A stretch of DNA of 64,000 bases from an uncultured virus (IMG/VR IMGVR_UViG_3300030202_002850) (taxonomy: Duplodnaviria; Heunggongvirae; Uroviricota; Caudoviricetes). Where the stretch lies: IMG/VR virus record IMGVR_UViG_3300030202_002850, positions 1 to 64,000 of that record; one strand, written 5' to 3'. Below, piece after piece: positions 8,886 to 17,254 of the stretch. Numbering within the stretch: the first letter of the stretch is position 1; every line of letters begins with the position of its first letter. A program made the translations under genes and the position numbers. A model generated the notes under the pieces. It made no database searches and had not been told where the DNA came from. It saw only the letters and a list, made by a program, of their open reading frames with translations.

Positions 8886-9707
8886 ATGAACAATTATATA
8901 TCAAAATTCAACGGGACAGCGAACGATAATGCGTTTGCGAAAGTTGCAAGCGAGCTATGCAACGAGCTATCAATGCTCCTTTCTGTTCGCGGTATAGAGC
9001 CTGAGAGGACTGAGGTTTCTTCTAGTGATAGAGCATCTTCAATAGGATTCTATTGGGATGAGTTCGGTGATCCAATCATAGGTAATCACTGCTTGTTTCT
9101 TGACTACGATGAAGAGTCAGAAGAGTTGTCCTTAGGGTATGAATGGCCATCATTCATTGACCACATGGGTGCAACTAGAAGTTTAAGACCAACCGATTGG
9201 TATCAAACTTCACATAAACATGAGATGTCGGATGCTCAGAAGTTATTAAGTTCTGTCACTATTAGGAAATGGATAAGGAACCAAAGACATAAGATACCTT
9301 TAGCTCTTCTAAGTTCTCCTGAGAAATTAATTAAAAGAATAGAAAGGGAGCTTGATATCTATAAGGCATTTATAGATACGCTTATTCCTTATACTAATCA
9401 ACGAATTAAAAGCGTAGATAAGATAAAAGAATCATTAAAGAATAGGGATATGTGGATGCAAGGTTTCAAGCCAGAACACAACCACCACCACACCAGTAGT
9501 TGGTACTACCATGATTCTCTCGGAGAATCTGTGCAAGGATTTGTTGAGGTGGATGATGATTGGGCATCCAGTGAAGGCAAAGGAATAACTGAAGAAGAAA
9601 TGGAAATACGTTTTACATTTAAGGACGGTGCTGTTAGTAGGGAAAAGTATTCCAATATTGTTAGACAAGTAGCCAATATAATTAAGAAAGAAATTAAACA
9701 GGCATGA
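8886..9707 (+). CDS. hypothetical protein
   Basis: 273-aa ORF. Confidence 0.75.
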   Translation: MNNYISKFNGTANDNAFAKVASELCNELSMLLSVRGIEPERTEVSSSDRASSIGFYWDEFGDPIIGNHCLFLDYDEESEELSLGYEWPSFIDHMGATRSLRPTDWYQTSHKHEMSDAQKLLSSVTIRKWIRNQRHKIPLALLSSPEKLIKRIERELDIYKAFIDTLIPYTNQRIKSVDKIKESLKNRDMWMQGFKPEHNHHHTSSWYYHDSLGESVQGFVEVDDDWASSEGKGITEEEMEIRFTFKDGAVSREKYSNIVRQVANIIKKEIKQA

Positions 9708-10159
9708 AAAGAACAGAAGCAGTAACCGCTTTTATCGAGAAGCGTCAGAAAAAAGTAGGAACACTTGAGTCAACTTTATTAAATGATAAAGATTATGGAC
9801 TGAAGCTACATGGTAACACTATCGCAAAGTGGGATGGTGAAAAACTGTATGGCACATTAGCTGGTTGGCCTACTGTTACGACTCGCAAGTGGCTTAACGA
9901 CTTGTGTGATCAAGTATATAGTAGCGTGTCAGAAGATGTTGAGTTGTATGGAAAACCAAGTCTCTGTCCTAGCATGAAGCTAATTAAGAGGTGTTATTTC
10001 TATCAACATAAGCATGAACAGTATATGTCTAGAGTCATATCAACTGTAAGGAAAGCTGAACCAATTGAAATGAAATGCAAAGGGGTAGGCTACATACTTG
10101 AGCCAAAGCACGATGATAAGACCGTGCTGGATTTCAATGAATGGATGAGGATATTGTAA
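9704..10159 (+). CDS. conserved phage hypothetical protein
   Basis: LHGNTIA...AGWPTVTTRKWLN pattern seen in phage early proteins; ATGA coupling. Confidence 0.75.
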   Translation: MKRTEAVTAFIEKRQKKVGTLESTLLNDKDYGLKLHGNTIAKWDGEKLYGTLAGWPTVTTRKWLNDLCDQVYSSVSEDVELYGKPSLCPSMKLIKRCYFYQHKHEQYMSRVISTVRKAEPIEMKCKGVGYILEPKHDDKTVLDFNEWMRIL

Positions 10160-10374
10160 TGCCAGATGAGTATGTTATTAAACTAACACAAAGGGAAAAA
10201 GATTCTCTTAAATGCAAAACGTTTCAAGAGTTTCTGATAAAGGCTGAGAGCAACGGCCATCCTTACTGGACTCATGCAATTAAAAACATAACCGAACAAA
10301 TACATGAACAAAACAATAACAAAAAAGCGAAAGAAAAAAGATATTCTCAGCTTGAACTACAAGATAGTGTCTAA
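10159..10374 (+). CDS. hypothetical protein
   Basis: TAATG coupling at 10157-10161. Confidence 0.6.
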   Translation: MPDEYVIKLTQREKDSLKCKTFQEFLIKAESNGHPYWTHAIKNITEQIHEQNNNKKAKEKRYSQLELQDSV

Positions 10375-10843
10375 GAACTGCCCCTTCTTTCACAGCCTTA
10401 AAGGTTTTATTGAAGTGTGCGCTGACTGTGACGGGTGGAATGACGAGCAGCTAAATGATCTCTTTGGTATTAGCGTTAACGAGGTACATGAATTCTATGA
10501 TAAGTACACCATGCGGTCATGGAATGATGAGGTGCTTATCCCTATTGGGGTTTATCAGTTTGTTCTCTCTGCGATTAAGTCAAACAAGTATATATCTGAC
10601 CACACTGCCAACAAAGAAGACATTGCTATTAGGGTATGTACCGAAAGCATTAAGTCTGGGAGATGGTTTAAGACCGAGCCTGTACTGAAATACTTCTACA
10701 TCAGTAAAAATGCAAATGGCACGTTCACCTACAAGTTCAAGGAGTCTCAGTCAATTGTAATGAAGAGTGAAGTGCCTGAGTTATCAACAAGGTACGGAAC
10801 AGGAAGCATACACAACCAACAAGTATTAGTTAGAAACCCATGA
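10304..10843 (+). CDS. hypothetical protein
   Basis: 179-aa ORF. Confidence 0.65.
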   Translation: MNKTITKKRKKKDILSLNYKIVSKNCPFFHSLKGFIEVCADCDGWNDEQLNDLFGISVNEVHEFYDKYTMRSWNDEVLIPIGVYQFVLSAIKSNKYISDHTANKEDIAIRVCTESIKSGRWFKTEPVLKYFYISKNANGTFTYKFKESQSIVMKSEVPELSTRYGTGSIHNQQVLVRNP

Positions 10844-11067
10844 ATAAACCTAAACATGCAACTCACGTTAAACTGCAAACAGTTTATGAAGGAACCAATC
10901 GCGTTGCGATTGAAGATATAAAAAACATGGACTGCTTCAGGGGTTCTCCCGGTATTATTACATACTTGAGGCAGCTTAGAGGAAACAACTGGGAAGAGCT
11001 TGGCTCTTTTGAGTTCGATGGTAAATGGCCTTTAACTGAAAAAGATAATGAGACAACAACCAAATAA
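10840..11067 (+). CDS. hypothetical protein
   Basis: 75-aa ORF, ATGA coupling. Confidence 0.65.
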   Translation: MNKPKHATHVKLQTVYEGTNRVAIEDIKNMDCFRGSPGIITYLRQLRGNNWEELGSFEFDGKWPLTEKDNETTTK

Positions 11068-11221
11068 CTACGACTACGAAGTGAGTGACGCACTGCCTAT
11101 GAGTGAGCTTGGAGGAATCAAGGAAGAGGTAGAAGAGGGACTCAAACGGTTTGAGACTAAGCAAGCAAACAAAAAGCCCACATGGAAATGGGTTGAAGAT
11201 AAACCAAAAAAAAATGAGTGA
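11048..11221 (+). CDS. small hypothetical protein (57 aa)
   Basis: Manual translation MRQQPNNYDYEVSDALPMSELGG...KPKKNE*. Confidence 0.5.
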   Translation: MRQQPNNYDYEVSDALPMSELGGIKEEVEEGLKRFETKQANKKPTWKWVEDKPKKNE

Positions 11222-11708
11222 TGAAATACCAACAACTTATTGGGTAAAGATACAAGGAACTAATTACAGGCAACCGGGCTACTCTGAAGAGTTAACATAC
11301 AGACATCCGAGATATATTCATACTCTTGACTATCAAGTTGCTAATATTTTTACAGAAATAATTCCATATATTATAGCACCAACACAAGAGTTCATTGTTC
11401 ACCATGAAGCTCACCCTGAAATAATAAGGAAGACTGAAGCTGATCTTATTAAGTGGGGGGAGAGGCATTGTTTTATTACAATATTAATTAACCCGAAAGA
11501 CAATGAGTTTCTTAACTCTCCATTGCTATACAAGGAGAGATTCTGGAACCCTAATGTGTTTAATGGAATCGTTGATCAAGGAGATTACATAACACAAAAA
11601 CAGTGCGTTAAAATATTAAATCATTTGAGCATGCTGTATCCATTTATAGATGAGTACAGGATTAACCAAATGATTTCCGGGCGTAAGCCTATAGTGCAGT
11701 ACCAATAA
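11214..11708 (+). CDS. hypothetical protein
   Basis: Track ORF 11151..11708; likely ATG at 11214 (MSDEIPTT). Confidence 0.65.
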   Translation: MSDEIPTTYWVKIQGTNYRQPGYSEELTYRHPRYIHTLDYQVANIFTEIIPYIIAPTQEFIVHHEAHPEIIRKTEADLIKWGERHCFITILINPKDNEFLNSPLLYKERFWNPNVFNGIVDQGDYITQKQCVKILNHLSMLYPFIDEYRINQMISGRKPIVQYQ

Positions 11709-11720
11709 ATAAATAGACAA

Positions 11721-12539
11721 ATGAAAAACACAAATGAAAATAAAGTTAAACTAAAGTTAACTAAGGACTTGCTTACAGCGAGTTCTAAAATGACAGACAA
11801 CCAAGCTAGGTTCTTGGTAGACACCTATTACCAAATGCAAGACGCGAGGATTCGCTCCGCTGCACAAGTGAGGGGGTTGAAAGAAGGCAATGAGCCTTCA
11901 CATGTGATGAGTTGGATTGAAGATATTAATATCCAGCTTGAGGATAACATTAAAAAGGCGTTACATAAGTACGCTCTTGGTAATCCTGTTGGTCAGTGGT
12001 CTCTAGGAATAACTGGTATTGGCCCAGTGATATCCGCTGGACTTCTTGCTTACATAGACATTAAGCAAGCCCCTACTGTTGGACACATATGGCGCTACGC
12101 TGGACAAGACCCAACATGTAAATGGAATAAAGGAGAGAAGCGACCTTGGAACGCTAACCTCAAGACACTATGCTGGAAGATGGGCGAGTGTTTTGTGAAG
12201 GTTAAGAATAATGATTCCGATTTCTACGGAAAAATATTTGATGAACGTAAGATTTATGAGTCGGCTAACAACGAGAAGCTTATGTATAAATCCCAAGCTG
12301 ATGAGGGAGCTAAGCGCGTAGGAAAAACTACTGAAGCTTACAAGTCTTATAGTGTAGGTAAGTTACCCGCTGGTCATATCCACGCAAGAGCAAAGCGTTA
12401 CGCTGTGAAGTTGTTCCTTTCACATTGGCATGATATTGCTTACAGAAACCACTACAAGTCTGCACCCCCATTCCCGTATCCCATTGCACATATGGGACAC
12501 GCACACCAGATACCAGTACCAAATACAATTGCTGCATAA
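11721..12539 (+). CDS. tasA: TIGR-associated Nop-domain protein, TasA-like (IS110 C-terminal/Nop homolog with no nuclease domain)
   Basis: N-terminal helices (YYQMQDARIRSAAQ), then ITGIGPVISAGLLAYID, IWRYAG, PWNANLKTLCW, FYGKIFDERK, GHIHARAKRYAVKLFLSH; no DEDD RuvC, HNH or IS110 catalytic SG loop; dual-repeat array 290 bp downstream. Confidence 0.88.
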   Translation: MKNTNENKVKLKLTKDLLTASSKMTDNQARFLVDTYYQMQDARIRSAAQVRGLKEGNEPSHVMSWIEDINIQLEDNIKKALHKYALGNPVGQWSLGITGIGPVISAGLLAYIDIKQAPTVGHIWRYAGQDPTCKWNKGEKRPWNANLKTLCWKMGECFVKVKNNDSDFYGKIFDERKIYESANNEKLMYKSQADEGAKRVGKTTEAYKSYSVGKLPAGHIHARAKRYAVKLFLSHWHDIAYRNHYKSAPPFPYPIAHMGHAHQIPVPNTIAA

Positions 12540-12557
12540 TCCCTAATCAGATTACAC

Positions 12558-12830
12558 ATGAGTAGAAAAATATTATATCAAGCAAAGTTTCTTGGACAAA
12601 AAGGGACAGAATCTTATCATACTAAGCATTACTCGACTAAGGAAGAAGCTCAAGACGAGTTAATGAAAATGTGTGGAGACTTCGGGTATCTTGGAACAGT
12701 TACCTTAGATGAAGAGGAAAACTTATATCCGCCTTGGAAATTTCTTGGAGATAAATGCCAATCTGGAGATAGAAATGGCGGCACTGTTTCTGTGCATGAA
12801 ATAACTCTTGGAGTTTGGGAAGGGGTTTAG
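12558..12830 (+). CDS. hypothetical protein between tasA and the array
   Basis: 90-aa ORF; its TAG stop overlaps the first base of the array. Confidence 0.65.
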   Translation: MSRKILYQAKFLGQKGTESYHTKHYSTKEEAQDELMKMCGDFGYLGTVTLDEEENLYPPWKFLGDKCQSGDRNGGTVSVHEITLGVWEGV

Positions 12831-13550
12831 AGTCACGAGAAAAGAGAGAACCAATGATGTAGAACGAGTCACCGTTTTTGTGAGAACCATGAGTGAAGAA
12901 CGAGTCACTCTCAGTGAGAGAGCCAATAAAGAAGAACGAGTCACCACCGTCGTGAGAACCATGTATAAAGAACGAGTCAGTCTAACTGAGAGAACCAAGG
13001 AGATAAAACGAGTCATACTTATTGAGAGAACCACAAATCTAGAACGAGTCACACCCAATGAGAGAACCAAAATCAGAGAACGAGTCACTTTTGCTGAGAG
13101 AACCAATGATGAAGAACGAGTCACTTGATGAGAGAGAACCAAAATGTGAGAACGAGTCAGTCTAGCTGAGAGAACCAAGATACGCGAACGAGTTATGCAT
13201 TAGGAGTGTGCCACTATGAACGAACGAGTCAACAAACAGGAGAGTACCAATAAACCCGAACGAACCACTAACAAGGAGAGAGCCAACGTTTTTGAGTGAG
13301 TCACAACTGCTGAGAGTGCCAAAAATATTGAACGAACCATCAACAAGGAGAGAGCCAACGTTTTTGAGTGAGTCAAATCGCCAGATAAGAAACATCAAAG
13401 CCGAACGAGTCACCCTAGCTGAGAGAACCATGACTGATGAACGAACCACTCAATGCGAGAGAACCAAATTATTAGAGTGAGTCATATTGAGCGAAGGAAA
13501 CAAATATTTAGAACGAGTTATAAAATGTAAGAGAACCAAATAACTAGAAC
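12830..13550 (+). repeat. TIGR-like dual-repeat guide RNA array, 20 x 36 bp
   Basis: Unit GAGTCA-N8-GAGAGAACCA-N8-GAAC; unit starts 12830, 12866, 12902 ... 13370, 13407 (one 37-bp unit) ... 13515; spacers variable, repeats conserved. Confidence 0.92.
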
Positions 13551-13558
13551 GTTAAAAA

Positions 13559-13738
13559 ATGATAAAGAAAAATATAAAAGAATTAAGAATGGATGCTCTG
13601 AAGAATTGTGTTAAAACAGAGCAAAAAATTAACGGGTTAAAGAGGGCAGCAGTTAGAAAGTTACTGAGCGCCCTTAATCGTGAGGCTATTGCTAAGGTTT
13701 ATGCCATAGCAATAGACCGTAACAATCACATCAAGTAA
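13559..13738 (+). CDS. small basic hypothetical protein (59 aa)
   Basis: Manual translation MIKKNIKELRMDALKNCVKTEQK...IDRNNHIK*. Confidence 0.55.
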   Translation: MIKKNIKELRMDALKNCVKTEQKINGLKRAAVRKLLSALNREAIAKVYAIAIDRNNHIK

Positions 13739-13744
13739 GTAATA

Positions 13745-13773
13745 TTGACATGTATAAACTAATGAATTATTTT
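13745..13773 (+). promoter_or_regulatory. putative sigma70 promoter
   Basis: TTGACA (13745-13750), 17 nt, TATTTT. Confidence 0.35.
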
Positions 13774-14184
13774 AAATGTTCTGCTAGTGCTGTTGTGTGT
13801 ATTAAGCAGATGGTTACAGGGGCGGGACTTTTATGTCCCGTCCTTTTACTTTTTGCCACTGGCAATGACACTTCTTTTACCACTAAAGCAAGCTGGTATG
13901 GTAAGCCAGATGGTAAAGGGGGGTACGTTGATTGTGGTACTGTTACCGCATACGGCAAAAGATATGACTCATCGAAATTGGTTTGTGCTAGTTGGGAATT
14001 TCCCGAAGGAACCAAACTAAAAGTAAGCCTTGGCAAGTCAAGGCATGTCATAGTAACAGTTGCCGACAAAGGGCCGGGGCGTAGATTTGCTAAAGAAAGA
14101 AGAATTGATTTAAGCCTTGGCGCTTTCAGTAAGTTGTGCAGCCCTAGCGCTGGGTTAATCACAGTGACTGTTCAAAAAATTTAG
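13750..14184 (+). CDS. rlpA: RlpA-family (DPBB) lytic transglycosylase
   Basis: ASWYG, TAYGKRYD, CAS..FPEGTKLKV, VTVADKGP, RRIDLS.GAF; true start may be downstream (MVTGAG). Confidence 0.85.
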   Translation: MYKLMNYFKCSASAVVCIKQMVTGAGLLCPVLLLFATGNDTSFTTKASWYGKPDGKGGYVDCGTVTAYGKRYDSSKLVCASWEFPEGTKLKVSLGKSRHVIVTVADKGPGRRFAKERRIDLSLGAFSKLCSPSAGLITVTVQKI

Positions 14185-14255
14185 GATATGTACAGCAATA
14201 ATGCTTTACATTCCGCAATGAGAAACTACATTGTTTCTTTTCAGTAAAACAAATT

Positions 14256-15191
14256 ATGTCATTATTCAAACAAGCAAAACGATCAGACCGTAAACTTAGA
14301 ATGGCTATTGCTGGCGTATCAGGCAGTGGCAAAACCTTCACCAGCCTTGGGCTGGCTTCGTTACTGGGTGACAGTACAGCAGTAATAGACACGGAGCGAT
14401 CAAGCTCAGAGATATACAGTACTAAGTGGCCATTCCTTGTGTGCAACTTAGACTCTTATCATCCTCAGAAATACATTGATGCTCTTAATGAGGCTGCTAA
14501 AGCTGGCATTGAAACAGTAGTAATAGACTCACTGAGTCACGCTTGGTCAGGTAAGGATGGGGCGCTCGATCAAGTGTCAAAGGCTGGCAAATCATTCAAC
14601 GCTTGGTCTAAAGTGACACCCCTCCAAGACAAGTTAATGGATACGATATTAAAATATCCGGGCCATGTCATATGTACGATGCGGCGCAAGACTTCTTACG
14701 AGCAGTCAAGAGATGACAACGGCAAACTTTCCATCACTAAGACAGGGATGGCTTCTATTCAGAGAGAAGGAGTGGACTATGAGTTTGATATCTTTGCGAC
14801 AATGGATGGCCAGAACAATATGACCATAGAGAAGTCAAGATGTCCTGAGTTAAGTGGTGAAATATTTGCACACCCCGGAGAGGAAGTGTCTAACATCATT
14901 AAGAAATGGCTTGAAGGCGAGGGCCAAGCTTCACCTAAGCTTGAAAAACCTAAAGATAAAGATGTCCCTATGCCTACATCCCCGCCTAAATCTAATCTAC
15001 CTGAGAAGGCGGTCAGTGAATTAAGCAAGCTCTTTGCTGGCAAGGAGGATATGGTTATGAAGTTTCTAAAAATAAAAGGGCAGATAAAAGAAGGAGAAAC
15101 TTGGCAGCAAATGACTTCAGAGTACGCATCAAAAGTGCTTCAATCTCCGTCTGTCTTCTTGGCTTCTGTTGTGGCGCAATGCGATTCGTAA
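14256..15191 (+). CDS. Sak4-like AAA_24 ATPase (ssDNA annealing/recombination)
   Basis: GVSGSGKT, IDTE, VVIDSLSHAW, YEFD motifs. Confidence 0.85.
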   Translation: MSLFKQAKRSDRKLRMAIAGVSGSGKTFTSLGLASLLGDSTAVIDTERSSSEIYSTKWPFLVCNLDSYHPQKYIDALNEAAKAGIETVVIDSLSHAWSGKDGALDQVSKAGKSFNAWSKVTPLQDKLMDTILKYPGHVICTMRRKTSYEQSRDDNGKLSITKTGMASIQREGVDYEFDIFATMDGQNNMTIEKSRCPELSGEIFAHPGEEVSNIIKKWLEGEGQASPKLEKPKDKDVPMPTSPPKSNLPEKAVSELSKLFAGKEDMVMKFLKIKGQIKEGETWQQMTSEYASKVLQSPSVFLASVVAQCDS

Positions 15192-15198
15192 TTAAAAA

Positions 15199-16299
15199 AT
15201 GTCAAAAGGAGAAATACAAGAGCCTCCTGAGCAAGAGGCCGACGAAAGAGGAGGCAAGCCAAGTGCTTCAGGCATATCGAGAATCGCACTATGCCCCGGC
15301 TCTTTCCAAATGGAAAGCCAAGCGCCGCCGCAACCCAGTAGCCCTATAGCAGAACGGGGAACGCGCATTCATGCGTTCATGGAGGGCGATGATGTAGCTC
15401 TATCTAATGAGGAGCAAGCAGTAGCAGATGAGCTTAAAGAATTTGATTCACTAATACTGCATGACTGTGATGAGCTTATCCGTGAGGTCAGAATGTGGTA
15501 CGTTTGGGAAGATGGTGAAAAACTTTTCTCTGGTAAGCTGGATGTCGGAGGTGTTGATAAGCTTACTGGAGAGTCAGTGGTTGTTAACTATAAGACTGGC
15601 ATGGGTCAGGAGAATGCCAAAGAAAACTGGCAAGCTATGGCTGAGAGTGTACTGTTTCACGATCACTACAATCCGGGCAAGCCTGTCAGATATTGTTTTG
15701 TTCAGCCCGAATCTCCATACGGCAAGATGGTTTGCCATGTGTTCAGTGTTCCTGAGCTTGCTGCTGCTAGAAAAAAACTTCTTAAAGTTATAAGTCTTAG
15801 TAACAGTGATAACGCAAAATTATATCCAAGCGAGAAAGCCTGTAAGTGGTGTGATGCTGTTTCATTTTGTAAAGCTGCAAGCTGGACAGTTGAGAATGCA
15901 TTAGGTGAAGACGCTGGGCCTTTGGCTGATATCAATCCGCCAGACAGGGCCAACATACTTTCCACCCTTAAAGAAGCTAAAGAAAAAGCTGTAGCTGCAT
16001 ACGACTCACGGGCTGAAGAAGCAAGAGTGTTATTAGCAGAAGACTCAACTGCAATAACTGGCTGGAAGATCCGAAGCGGAAGATCAATAAGCAGAGTATC
16101 AAGCACAGAAAAAGCTTTTGCTGTTGCGAGAGAAGCTGGAGTAAGCACTGAAGATTTCCTAAAGTCATGCAGTGTTACAACTGGTAGGTTTAAAAAACTT
16201 GTTGGAGATCGCGGGGCAGTTAGCGATATGTTAATGAACCCCGCTTATGAAGATGTTATTAGTGTCACACAAAGTAAACCTAGTTTATTGAAATCATAA
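15199..16299 (+). CDS. DUF2800/Cas4-like PD-(D/E)XK nuclease
   Basis: SAS...CPGS, AERGTRIH, GKLD...NYKTG, Q, C-KWC...C motifs. Confidence 0.8.
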   Translation: MSKGEIQEPPEQEADERGGKPSASGISRIALCPGSFQMESQAPPQPSSPIAERGTRIHAFMEGDDVALSNEEQAVADELKEFDSLILHDCDELIREVRMWYVWEDGEKLFSGKLDVGGVDKLTGESVVVNYKTGMGQENAKENWQAMAESVLFHDHYNPGKPVRYCFVQPESPYGKMVCHVFSVPELAAARKKLLKVISLSNSDNAKLYPSEKACKWCDAVSFCKAASWTVENALGEDAGPLADINPPDRANILSTLKEAKEKAVAAYDSRAEEARVLLAEDSTAITGWKIRSGRSISRVSSTEKAFAVAREAGVSTEDFLKSCSVTTGRFKKLVGDRGAVSDMLMNPAYEDVISVTQSKPSLLKS

Positions 16300-16877
16300 T
16301 GGTAGAAGACTACCCCACTATATCTCTGGACTCAGGTCAAGTTGACCTTGCGATTAAGAAAGCTGAAGAACTCGTAGATCACTTCATGCCTAAGATTGTT
16401 AAAAGAAATAAAACAGGATCAACAATACCAGAGCAGACAGTTCAAGAACGTGTGAGTAGGTTATACAGAGACCAGCTTACAGGACAGTTATCTCAGTTAG
16501 CTATTACTCTTTACATGACAGGGACAGATCAAATGTACCGAGTGCAAAGGTGGAGTTGCATGCTCCATCCAGATAAAGGAGATGATGGTTATGATATACC
16601 GGGGCTTAGAATGGATGTTAAAGGAACTAGGATAAAGAAGGGCAAAGATCCAAGGGAATATTCCTTAGTCATTAGACCAAGGGAGAGGAAGCCTGAATGG
16701 ACATATGCTTTAGTGCTTGTTGAAGTGCGTGATGACAAAGCCCTATGTCATATTATGGGCTGGGCTACTGATGAAGAGCTAGAGGGTAACGTGCCTAGCT
16801 CTGGTATATTTAAGGGGGCGCATGTTCTTAGCTACAATAAGCTACACTCCCTGCCAAAATTTATTTGGGATTTATGA
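16299..16877 (+). CDS. PD-(D/E)XK-like hypothetical protein
   Basis: GDDGYDI...MDVK pattern and GWAT. Confidence 0.55.
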   Translation: MVEDYPTISLDSGQVDLAIKKAEELVDHFMPKIVKRNKTGSTIPEQTVQERVSRLYRDQLTGQLSQLAITLYMTGTDQMYRVQRWSCMLHPDKGDDGYDIPGLRMDVKGTRIKKGKDPREYSLVIRPRERKPEWTYALVLVEVRDDKALCHIMGWATDEELEGNVPSSGIFKGAHVLSYNKLHSLPKFIWDL

Positions 16878-17254
16878 GTATCAACTCAAGACAGAAGGGG
16901 GCTAGGTCTGAACGTGAATTTGCATCAATGCTAAAGGAAGCTGGATGGGATACATGTACAATGAGAGGTTGCCAGAATGCTGGCCGAGATGCTGGAGGCA
17001 CTGCTGCTCCTGATATTATATGCGAAGACCTGAGCGCTTTTCATTTTGAAGTAAAGAACAGGCAAAAGGGAGCGACAAGAGATGGGTATGAGCAAGCGGC
17101 TAGGGATGCAAAGCCGGGGCAAATGCCAGTGTATGGATTTAAAAAGAACAATGCGCCTTGGTTAGTGTGCTTGAGCTTTGATGACTTTATGAAACTAACC
17201 AGAGAACTAGACGAAAGTATAAGAAAGAATGACGGAAACATTACCGAACAGTGA
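16865..17254 (+). CDS. Hjc-like Holliday junction resolvase
   Basis: INSRQKGARSERE, PDI, HFEVK motifs. Confidence 0.85.
   Translation: MGFMSINSRQKGARSEREFASMLKEAGWDTCTMRGCQNAGRDAGGTAAPDIICEDLSAFHFEVKNRQKGATRDGYEQAARDAKPGQMPVYGFKKNNAPWLVCLSFDDFMKLTRELDESIRKNDGNITEQ

Noticed and set aside
11721..12539. IS110 transposase / insertion sequence
   Set aside because: Lacks the N-terminal DEDD RuvC domain and the catalytic SG loop; sits in a phage operon beside a guide-like array.
12723..13480. Track ORFs over the array (12723..13178, 12808..13128, 13162..13449, 13292..13480) with ERVT/ERT repeats
   Set aside because: By-products of the 36-bp (multiple of 3) period; open on both strands and broken by a TGA in unit 9 and by the 37-bp unit.
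13539..13547. Last spacer aataacta(g) resembles the palindrome arm AATAACTG(G), suggesting self-targeting
   Set aside because: A 7/8 match in AT-rich sequence is expected by chance and the partner spacer does not match. A full self-target search could not be done by eye.
12830..13550. CRISPR array or simple minisatellite
   Set aside because: Repeats of 10 nt and spacers of 8 nt are far too short for CRISPR and no cas operon is present. Variation is confined to two fixed windows, unlike a VNTR.
15199..16299. Cas4 as a spacer-acquisition gene for the array
   Set aside because: DUF2800-type nucleases are routine partners of Sak4-like proteins in phage recombination modules; there is no evidence of a link.
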